A stretch of DNA of 64,000 nucleotides from Phycisphaerales bacterium JB040 (lineage in GTDB: Bacteria; Planctomycetota; Phycisphaerae; Phycisphaerales; UBA1924). A program made the translations under genes and the position numbers. The notes under the pieces are model-generated. The model did not search any database, was not told the origin of the DNA, and saw only the letters and a program-made list of their open reading frames with translations. Every line of letters starts with the position of its first letter. Position 1 is the first letter of the stretch. The stretch covers positions 16,206 to 80,205 of the forward strand of contig JBICID010000101.1 of the NCBI GenBank assembly GCA_043101615.1. Reading direction: 5' to 3'. Below are positions 53,535 through 62,699 of this stretch, piece by piece.

Positions 53535-54360
53535 AGTCGTACCCGTGTTGCGCCATGGCCTCGGCGAACGCGCCCTCGAACGCGTCGTCCAGGCCGGCCC
53601 CCCCCTTGATCGCCTCGTCCAGCCGGCGACCGCTCCGGCCCGAGTGCATGAACAGGGCGCCCTTGCGTGCTCCCGCGGCGTCGCCCACGAACAGGCGCTT
53701 GTCCAGGCTCTTCTTCTTCGGGTCGTTCTTCTCGCGGACCTCCAGGGCCCGCATCGCGTCGAACGAGCCGGCCCTCACCGCGCCAGCCACGGCCTCGTCG
53801 CTCGCCTCGATGCCCAGGAACGCCAGCACCCCGCGCAGCACGCCGGGCGTGTCCGCCTGCAGGTCCTCGTAGCGGACGCGGTGCACCGGGAAGCCGGGCG
53901 CGCTCCAGCTCGACGCGTGCCCGGCCCACGTCCCGAAGCCGCGCTGGGCGAAGCCCGGATCACCGCCCGCGCGGATGAACAGCTCGGCGTAGGCCCGGTC
54001 GCTGAGCTGGCCCGGGGTCGTGCCGGCCAGGCGGAGGTAGTTCAGACCGGAGAGCAGCACGTCGCGCGGGTGACGGATGACGTGCACGGCCCCCCACGTG
54101 CGGTCCAGGTGCGGGTGGCGCTCGGAGAGTTCGAAGTGGGTCTTCATCACGAGACGACCCCCGTACCCCCCGCCCGAGGCGGCCCGGGCCTCGGCCCCGG
54201 CGTCGGTGGGCATGGCACGGTGGACGTCCGGGATGCTGGCCGAGACCTCGACGCTCTGCGCGATGCTCCCGTGCACCGCGGCGTGCAGCAGGAACCGCAG
54301 CCAGGTGTTCCCGCTCTTGGGGTAGGAGGCCAGCCAGACGATCTCGGCGCTGCTCATCAC
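53533..54360 (-). CDS. sulfotransferase domain protein (PAPS-dependent)
   Basis: 5'-PSB loop SYPKSGNTWLRFLL and 3'-PB-like VIRHPRDVLLSG. Confidence 0.88.
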   Translation of the reverse strand: MMSSAEIVWLASYPKSGNTWLRFLLHAAVHGSIAQSVEVSASIPDVHRAMPTDAGAEARAASGGGYGGRLVMKTHFELSERHPHLDRTWGAVHVIRHPRDVLLSGLNYLRLAGTTPGQLSDRAYAELFIRAGGDPGFAQRGFGTWAGHASSWSAPGFPVHRVRYEDLQADTPGVLRGVLAFLGIEASDEAVAGAVRAGSFDAMRALEVREKNDPKKKSLDKRLFVGDAAGARKGALFMHSGRSGRRLDEAIKGGAGLDDAFEGAFAEAMAQHGYD

Positions 54361-54578
54361 CCAATATAGGCCCGGGCCCCTGCGCCCCAGCCGGGCGACC
54401 TATGATCCGTCAGGTCGCGGCCAGAGCGAACCCGGGGGATCTCTCCGCCCGAGCGCCGAAGCACCACGCGCGACCACCACACCAGGCCGAGGAAAGCTGC
54501 GGCGCGGCGTTCGCGACGGGCTCTCCGGTTCGGCGAACCACTCGCCGCGGGCACGAATCCGCGGCCCACAGGCGACCC

Positions 54579-56336
54579 ATGACCGACGAAGACCGCACCC
54601 CCCCCACCCCCCCCACCCCCTCCAAGCCCTCCGAGAACCCCGCCGACACCAGCAGCACCGACGCACCGGCCAAGAAGAAGCGCCGGCGCCGGCGCGGGAA
54701 GCGCGGCGGGAAGAAGACCACCGACGACGCACCCCAGGGCGAGTCCGGCTCCGACGCCGGCTCCGAGTCCGGGTCCGACAACGGCGCCGCGGACGCCCAC
54801 GATCGATCCGACTCGGACGACCGACCCCGGAAGAAGCGGCGCCGGCGAGGCAAGAGCGGGGGGGACGCCGGCGGGCGGGGCGAGGGCGGCGGGCGCCGTC
54901 GCGGGGGACGCGACAAGGACGCCGAGATCGAGCCGGAGCGCAAGCGCCGGGTCGAGCACGCGGTCTTCAGCCCCGAGACCTTCGACACCGACAAGACCTT
55001 CTCTGACCTGGGCCTGGGCGAGAAGACCATCGCGGGCATCGACCACGCCGGCTTCAGGCACCCCACCCACATCCAGTCCACGCTGATCCCCGTCGCCCTC
55101 ACCGGCAAGGACATCATCGGGCAGGCCAAGACCGGCACGGGCAAGACGCTCGCGTTCGGCATCCCCATCCTAGACCGGTGCGAGCCGGGCGTGCCCGGGC
55201 AGGCCCTCATCCTGGGCCCCACGCGCGAGCTGGCGGTGCAGATCCGCCAGGACCTCGACGAGGTCGCCCACGGCACCGGACTCTCCACCGTCGCGGTGTA
55301 CGGCGGGCAGTCCATCAACACCCAGGCCAACAAGCTGCGCGAGGGGCCCGAGATCATCGTCGGCACCCCGGGACGCGTCATGGACATGGTCAACCGCGGC
55401 TACATGTCGTTCTCAGACGTCCGCTTCGCGGTGCTCGACGAGGTCGACCGCATGTTCGACTTCGGCTTCCGCGACGACATGAAGAAGATCCTGTCGGCCT
55501 GCCCGAAGGACCGGCAGACCATCTTCGTCTCCGCCACGATGACCGACGAGATCGAGGGCCTGGCCCGGCGCTACATGCGCGAGCCGGAGAAGCTGGTGGT
55601 CTCGACGGGTTCGCTGACGGTGGACCTGGTCACGCAGAGCTACGTGTCGGTCGAGCCGTGGGACAAGAAGCGGATGCTGGCCCACCTGCTGACGCACGAG
55701 GAGCCCGCGGTCACCCTGGTCTTCTGCCGCATGAAGCGGACCGTGGACTCCGTGGTGCGCTACCTGGAACGCAAGAACATCGACGCGCACGCGATCCACG
55801 GCGACCTGTCGCAGGGCGAGCGCAACAAGGTGATGGGGCGCTTCCGCGACGGCTCGCTGTCGGTGCTGGTCGCGTCCGACCTGGCCAGCCGCGGGATCGA
55901 CGTCGAGGGCATCACGCACGTCGTGAACTTCGACCTGCCCGACGACCCGGACGTGTACGTGCACCGCATCGGACGCACGGCCCGCGCCGGGCGCGAGGGC
56001 GTGGCGTGGTCGCTGGTGCGCTCGGACGAGGGCAAGCTGCTCTCCGAGATCGAGAACCTGATCAACGCCGAGATCCCGGAGCGCAAGTACCCGGACTTCG
56101 AGCCCTCCGAGAAGCCCGAGGGCTGGAAGGACGAGCCGCGCGGCGGGCGCCCGGTGCTCGAGATCAAGGGCGTGGACAGCACGCCCAAGAAGAACCGCCT
56201 GGCCCAGGACGACGTGCCCGACGCGACGAAGATGGACGAGAAGGAACTCGCGGCCAAGTTCCCGGGCGGCGTGGTGCCCAAGAAGAAGCCCCGGCGCACG
56301 CTGGGAGGACGCGTCCGCACCCGCGGCGGGCGGTAA
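54579..56336 (+). CDS. DEAD-box ATP-dependent RNA helicase with a Lys/Arg/Gly-rich N-terminal extension
   Basis: Q-motif region FSDLGL...GFRHPTHIQ, then AKTGTGKT, VLDEVD, SAT and HRIGRTARAG. The N-terminal ~130 aa are KKKRRRRRGKRGG/RRRGGRDKD-like. Confidence 0.92.
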   Translation: MTDEDRTPPTPPTPSKPSENPADTSSTDAPAKKKRRRRRGKRGGKKTTDDAPQGESGSDAGSESGSDNGAADAHDRSDSDDRPRKKRRRRGKSGGDAGGRGEGGGRRRGGRDKDAEIEPERKRRVEHAVFSPETFDTDKTFSDLGLGEKTIAGIDHAGFRHPTHIQSTLIPVALTGKDIIGQAKTGTGKTLAFGIPILDRCEPGVPGQALILGPTRELAVQIRQDLDEVAHGTGLSTVAVYGGQSINTQANKLREGPEIIVGTPGRVMDMVNRGYMSFSDVRFAVLDEVDRMFDFGFRDDMKKILSACPKDRQTIFVSATMTDEIEGLARRYMREPEKLVVSTGSLTVDLVTQSYVSVEPWDKKRMLAHLLTHEEPAVTLVFCRMKRTVDSVVRYLERKNIDAHAIHGDLSQGERNKVMGRFRDGSLSVLVASDLASRGIDVEGITHVVNFDLPDDPDVYVHRIGRTARAGREGVAWSLVRSDEGKLLSEIENLINAEIPERKYPDFEPSEKPEGWKDEPRGGRPVLEIKGVDSTPKKNRLAQDDVPDATKMDEKELAAKFPGGVVPKKKPRRTLGGRVRTRGGR

Positions 56337-56349
56337 ACCCCAGATCCGA

Positions 56350-56439
56350 GCCGCGGGCGTAAGCACGCGGCCTTGTCTCCATTTGAGTCGCGCCAATACC
56401 AGCCGCGTGCGTGAGCACGCGGGGAGGGCGTTGAACGCC
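56350..56439. repeat. two copies of a 21-nt GNRA-capped hairpin plus a third small hairpin
   Basis: gccgcgggcgtaagcacgcgg (56350-56370) and gccgcgtgcgtgagcacgcgg (56402-56422). Stems are 8 bp, with loops GTAA and GTGA. A third hairpin, ggcg-ttgaa-cgcc, is at 56427-56439. Confidence 0.7.
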
Positions 56440-56455
56440 ATGCAATCGACAGAGT

Positions 56456-57379
56456 TTACGTTTCGTCGAAGTAGTCGGTATCGATCGCTTTGACGGTGTA
56501 AGTCGCGGTTTCGGTGACACCGATGCCGAAGTCGATCATGTACCGGGCGAGTTGCTTTCCGTCGATCAGCACGATCTTCTTCTCGATTTTTCGCACGTAG
56601 TCGTGTGCTTCTGAAGAAAACGCTGACGTGGTGATGAAGACGCCTTTCCTCGCACGGAAGCCTTCGAGACTTCCGGCAAATGCCTGGATATCAGGCCGAC
56701 CCACAGTGTTCTGCCAGCGTTTCGCCTGTATGTACACGGCATCGAGACCGAGCTTGTCTTCCTTGATGATCCCATCGATCCCGGCGTCTCCCGAGCGACC
56801 GACTGCCTGGCCCGCATCGGATCTGGAGCCACCATACCCCATGGCGACCAATAGATCGACAACCAGGCGCTCGAATGCTTCGGGCGTGTTCGACTTGATT
56901 GTGGTCAAGAGCTCGTCGGCCAGCGAGGCCCGGATGGTCTCGTAGTTTGCTTGCATGAGCTCTTCGGGTGTTTGCTCATCTCCAATGTCATCGTCTGTCG
57001 GCGAACTGTCCTTTTTCGTTTCTCCTGTTGGTGTCGTGTCCTTCTTGAACTCGACATATCCCTCGTATTGCTCCAGGTCCTTAAGTGTCAGGCCTGATGG
57101 GCTTTGATTCAGGAGCTCAAGACCCGCGCTCGTGATCCTGTACTTTCCTTTGCCTGTGGCTTCGAGCAGCCCCGCTTTTTTGAGGTACTGACAAGCCCAT
57201 GTCACTCGGTTGTACAGGCGTGTCTGGCTCCCGCTGGGGAGTACCGTGGAACGATCTTCCTGGCTCAGATTGAAGTGATCGGCGAGTGGCCCGACTTCTT
57301 CACGCATCCTCTTTTCCTGCCCGTCCTTGGCCCGGGACAGCATCGGTAGCATGAACTCGTGAAACTTTGGTACAGCCAT
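56456..57379 (-). CDS. mrr: Mrr-family restriction endonuclease (Mrr_N winged-helix plus Mrr catalytic domain)
   Basis: The N-terminus MAVPKFHEFMLPMLS...RVTWACQYLKKAGLL matches Mrr_N. The catalytic core is GIDGIIKEDKLGLDAVYIQAKRW. Hand-counted 60-nt stretches give roughly 50-55% G+C, clearly lower than the neighbouring genes. Confidence 0.9.
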   Translation of the reverse strand: MAVPKFHEFMLPMLSRAKDGQEKRMREEVGPLADHFNLSQEDRSTVLPSGSQTRLYNRVTWACQYLKKAGLLEATGKGKYRITSAGLELLNQSPSGLTLKDLEQYEGYVEFKKDTTPTGETKKDSSPTDDDIGDEQTPEELMQANYETIRASLADELLTTIKSNTPEAFERLVVDLLVAMGYGGSRSDAGQAVGRSGDAGIDGIIKEDKLGLDAVYIQAKRWQNTVGRPDIQAFAGSLEGFRARKGVFITTSAFSSEAHDYVRKIEKKIVLIDGKQLARYMIDFGIGVTETATYTVKAIDTDYFDET

Positions 57380-57590
57380 GTGGGCAGAGTACCACCTGAA
57401 GCAATGCTTTGGTCCGTCTCTGATTCGGAGTCGAATGAAGTACGAAAGCCTGATCGGACGTGTCGAAAACTCGGTTCACAGTACGGCTTGAATTCAGAAT
57501 GCCCAATATTTCTGTGTGATCTCACCGCGTGATTGTCGCTCCATTCAGGTCCGCCCATACAAACCGGCCCTCCCGATACACTGAACGATC

Positions 57591-60155
57591 GTGAACGACG
57601 ACCCGACCATACGCACCGACGACACGCCCGATTCCGAGGCCCCGACGACGGACGGGGTGCCGACGGGGCCGCGCACGCCGGGTTCCGGCAAGGGGTCGGG
57701 CACGCCGTCGAACCCGGTCCCGACCCCCGACGACGTCCCGACCTCCGCGGCGTCGCACCCGACCGCCGGTGCCGGTGATGGCGAGCATCCCGATCGGGTC
57801 GGGCGGTACCGCGTCGTGCGGACGCTGGGCGAGGGCGGGTTCGGGATCGTGTACGAGGCCGAGCAGACCGAGCCGGTGCGTCGTCGTGTGGCGCTCAAGC
57901 TGATCAAGCCGGGCATGGACTCGAAGGCGGTGCTCGCGCGGTTTGAGGCCGAGCGCCAGGCGCTGGCGCTCATGGACCACCCGGGCGTCGCCCGGGTCTT
58001 CGACGGGGGGCTGAGCGAGCAGGGGCGCCCGTACTTCGCGATGGAGCTGGTGCGGGGGGTGCCGATCACGAAGTACTGCGACACGAACAAGGTTCCGGTG
58101 CGCGACCGGCTGGAGCTGTTCGCGAAGGTGTGCGAGGCGGTGCAGCACGCGCACAACAAGGGCGTGATCCACCGCGACCTGAAGCCCTCGAACATCCTGG
58201 TGGAAGAGATCGACGGCGAGATGGCGCCCAAGGTCATCGATTTCGGCGTCGCCAAGGCGATCCACCAGCCGCTCACGCAGCAGACGGTGTTCACGCAGCA
58301 CGGCCAGATGATCGGCACGCCCGAGTACATGAGCCCGGAACAGGCGGAGATCGGCGCGGAGGACATCGACACGCGTTCGGACGTGTACTCGCTGGGGGTG
58401 GTGCTGTACGAGTTGCTGACGGGGTCTCGCCCGTTCGAGCCGGAGCGGCTGCGACTGGCCGGCTTCGCCGAGATCCAGCGGATCATCCGGGAGGAGCCCC
58501 CGGCCCGCCCGAGCACGAGGCTGAGCTCGCTGGCGTCGTCGGCGGGCGCCGACCGCGACCGCGCCAGCCGCGCGGCCGAGCAGCGCCGCACCTAGCTCAA
58601 CAGCCTCACCGGACTGTTGAAGCGCGACCTGGACTGGGTCGTGATGCGCTGCCTTGAGAAGGACCGGCGTCGCCGGTACGAGACACCGACCGAGCTGGCC
58701 AGCGAGGTGCGTCGCTTCCTGCACCACCAGCCCGTGCTCGCGGGCCCGCCGTCCGCGGCCTACCGCATGAGCAAGTTCCTGCGCCGCAACCGTGGCCCGG
58801 TCGCGGCGGGGTGCGCCGTGGGGCTGGCATTGGTGTTGGGGCTGGCGGGCACCGCCGCGGGTTTGGCCCGGTCCGCGGCGGCCGAGGAGATCGCGGAGCT
58901 GCGCCGATCCCAGATCGAGTCCTCCGCCCTGCTGGTCGCCTCGATGTTCGACGCGGTCGCGGCCCCCACGCGGGCCGACGCCCCGACCGACCCACGCGGC
59001 ACCGCGATGGCGCTCAGCGAGCGTGTCGAGGCGGTCGCGGGCGACGCGGGCGGCGTGTACGCCCTGCTGGCCGAGACACTGCGCGACGCGGGCGACCTGG
59101 GCACCTGGGCGGAGCTGGAGCGGATGCGGATCCTGGAGCGCGAGCGCGCGGGCGAGCTCGCCCCGGAGCAGGCGTCCGAGCGCCTGGGGAGCGTCGCGGT
59201 CACGCTGCGCGATCGCGGCGTGCCGGACCGGGCGGCGGACCACATGCTGGCGCTGGCGCAGCGTCCGAGCGACGACCCGACCATCCCGGTGATGTGGTAC
59301 CGGCGCGGGGCGGAGCAGCTGCTCATCGCCGACAAGCCCTCGCAGGCCCTGGAGGCGGCGGAGGCCGGCTACCGGCTCGCCGCCCAGCACGTCCCGCTCG
59401 GCGACAAGGGGCGCGTGCTGATGACCGTGGTCTACACCGACGCCCTGCAGCGCGTCGACGACGTGCGGACGGCCCTGGACGTCTGGCAGGCCGAGATCGA
59501 CGGCGACGCCAGCCAGGACGACCGCGAGCGCGCGTCCCGCCTCGAGAACCTGGCCCGCCTGCAACGCTCCGTCGGCGAGCGAGAAGCGGCCGAGCAGACC
59601 TTTACACGCGCCATCGGCCTGTACCAGCAGATGGGCGCCCACGCCTACGACGCCCTGCGCCTGCGCCGAGAGCGGGCGGCGCTGCGCCTCGAGCTGGGCC
59701 AGACCGCGCAGGCCATCGCCGACCTGGAGTCCGTCATCGATGCGTTCGAGCTGATCGTGGAGCCCGGAGACCCGCACCTGCTCTGGGCCAGGCGCTCGCT
59801 CGCCGAGGCGCTGCTCGAGGCCGGCGAGCACGAGCGCGTGGTGCGCGAGCTGCCGCGCACGCTGGTCCGGACGCGCCTGACCTACGGCAGCCTCGACAAC
59901 GGGACGATCAACGCCCTGGAGCTGCTCTCGCACGCGATGCTCGACTCGGGCCTGCACGCCGCGTCGGAGCAGCTCCTGCTCACCGCGATCAACGCGATCG
60001 AGACGCGCGGGTACGAGGCGGACGCCCGCTACCTCCGGTCGGACTACGAGCGGCTGGTCGCACTGTACGAGCGGTGGGGGAACGAGCCGGACCGCCCGGC
60101 CGACCTGGACGAGCGCCGGGCGGAGGCGCAGGCTAGGCTCGAGGCGCTGCGCTGA
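57591..60155 (+). pseudogene. Ser/Thr protein kinase with a TM segment and a TPR-like C-terminal region, interrupted by one in-frame TAG (58593-58595)
   Basis: The kinase motifs [25 protein letters not shown] and [10 protein letters not shown] lie in ORF 57591..58595. The same frame continues after the TAG as LNSLTGLLKRDLDWVVMRCLEKDRRRRYETPTELA..., which is the conserved C-lobe continuation. A TM helix (AAGCAVGLALVLGLAGTAAG) and helical repeats then run to 60155. Confidence 0.8.
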
Positions 60156-60267
60156 GCCCACCGGGTGGCGTGCAGACCGCGAGGCGCTCCCACGAGTCCG
60201 ACCCACCCGCATGGACAAGCCCGCGGCGTGTCCGTGGCACCCGAACGCGGCTCGGTTCGGTGCGGGA

Positions 60268-61287
60268 TCAGCACCCCGCCAGGAAGATCTGCACGAACGC
60301 CCCGATGTCGCCGTTGTCCAGGATGCCGTCGTTGGTGAAGTCCGCCCGCAGGCTCCCCGCGAGGAAGAGCGACACGAACGCCCCGATGTCGCCGTTGTCC
60401 AGCACGCCGTCGTTGTTGATGTCGCCCGGGCAGCTCTGCACCAGCGGCGCGAGCGTCAGCCCGCCGATCGTGTCGGGGTGGTCCACCTGCCCGCCCGAGG
60501 ACCACGCGAGCGGGTTGACGGACAGATCCATCTCGATCTGGTGCCGGCTGAACGCCGCGAAGCTCGGGTCGGAGTTCTGCACCATGTAGGAGTACACCGT
60601 GTTCGTCGCCGGGTCGTGCGTGATGTCGGTCAGGAAGAGCGGGATGGTCCCGAGCTGTGCGAGGCCGGAGGTGTCGAGATTGGTGGTCGTGAGCTGGAGC
60701 GTGTTGAAGTTGGTCCCGTTCACGTCGATCGCGAGGAACTGCCCCGTCAGCGTGTTGAACGCGGAGCTGTCGTTGTCGCGGTCGTTGATCGCGAGCAGGG
60801 ACGTCGCCCCGGTGTCCGGGTCGACGCCGATGATCTCGGACGAGAGGAACAGCTCACCGAACAGGTCGAAGAAGACGTCGTCGGTGTTGGGCACCAGGTA
60901 CAGGTCCCGCCCCGGGTCGTAGGCGATCGAGTCGTACAGCTGCGTCACCGCGGTGTTGCCCAGCGAGAACAGCACGCTGCCGGCCCCGGTCGCCCGGTCG
61001 ATCTCCGCCAGGTACTGGTCCCAGGTGTCGTCGGCGGTGCGGTAGACAAGGTACAGGGTGACCAGCCGGTCCCGGGCCGAGTCGTAGCACAGCTCGCCCA
61101 CGCCGTACGGCGAGCCCTGCGGACGGACGGGCGAGGACAGCCCGTGCGCCCCGACCACGGTGACGTCGGACGGATCCGAGGCGTCCCAACGGACCAGGTC
61201 GGTCCGCGTCAGCCCGTAGACCGTCTGGGCCGAGGCGACGGAGGACAGGGCGGCGAGTGCGGCAACGGCTGCGGCGTGCGTGTTCAT
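60268..61287 (-). CDS. secreted hypothetical protein (339 aa) with a C-terminal GC-ending dockerin-like module
   Basis: Signal-like MNTHAAAVAALAALSSVASAQ. The C-terminus is CPGDINNDGVLDNGDIGAFVSLFLAGSLRADFTNDGILDNGDIGAFVQIFLAGC-stop. Confidence 0.85.
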   Translation of the reverse strand: MNTHAAAVAALAALSSVASAQTVYGLTRTDLVRWDASDPSDVTVVGAHGLSSPVRPQGSPYGVGELCYDSARDRLVTLYLVYRTADDTWDQYLAEIDRATGAGSVLFSLGNTAVTQLYDSIAYDPGRDLYLVPNTDDVFFDLFGELFLSSEIIGVDPDTGATSLLAINDRDNDSSAFNTLTGQFLAIDVNGTNFNTLQLTTTNLDTSGLAQLGTIPLFLTDITHDPATNTVYSYMVQNSDPSFAAFSRHQIEMDLSVNPLAWSSGGQVDHPDTIGGLTLAPLVQSCPGDINNDGVLDNGDIGAFVSLFLAGSLRADFTNDGILDNGDIGAFVQIFLAGC

Positions 61288-61479
61288 GGGGATGCTTCCG
61301 GGGGATTGGCGCACCTGACGCGGGGCGCTCCGCCTCTGTTCTACCAGACTCCGTGCGTAGAACGCCACAAAGTTGTGCAAAATCCTCCCCGATTCCGACG
61401 AAACGGGGCCCGCCGGGCCCCGAACGGGTTGCTGCGACGCGGCGGGATCGGGCGCCGGGAGGGCGGCGCGCCGGGGGGG

Positions 61480-62544
<1,065 letters not shown>

Positions 62545-62699
62545 GGGTCGCTTTCGTGCGGAGAGTTGAGAAACGCTTCGGGGACGGCACCTACGACGCA
62601 CCCGGCCAAACGGTTCGCCGACCGGGGCGTGTGCGGGCCCGGTCGCGGGGACGGATTGTTGTCATCGGGCGACGGTGGGGGTCGATCGAGCGGGAGTTT

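Noticed and set aside
53130-53609. A 159-aa plus-strand ORF filling the non-coding gap after the aminotransferase gene.
   Set aside because: It is extremely Arg-rich (RRAARIEARP...RTRPRTRRPGRPPP). It has no RBS, and it runs through the terminator hairpin and into the convergent sulfotransferase gene. It is not credible as a protein.
58593-58595. The idea that TAG is reassigned to a sense codon genome-wide, for example to pyrrolysine.
   Set aside because: TAG terminates other well-supported genes at their expected ends in this window, such as the HIT gene at 6116-6118 and the ORF ending at 22642. I saw no pyl-like genes. A nonsense mutation, a sequencing error or local readthrough is more parsimonious.
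57522-60218. An 898-aa minus-strand ORF opposite the kinase gene. Similar long antisense ORFs are 20567..23995, 13038..15902, 1305..3899, 3869..5536, 41590..43548, 60211..62703 and 48605..50629.
   Set aside because: All are antisense to genes with clear family motifs, are rich in Arg/Gly/Pro/His, and have no recognisable domains. They are G+C-driven open frames.
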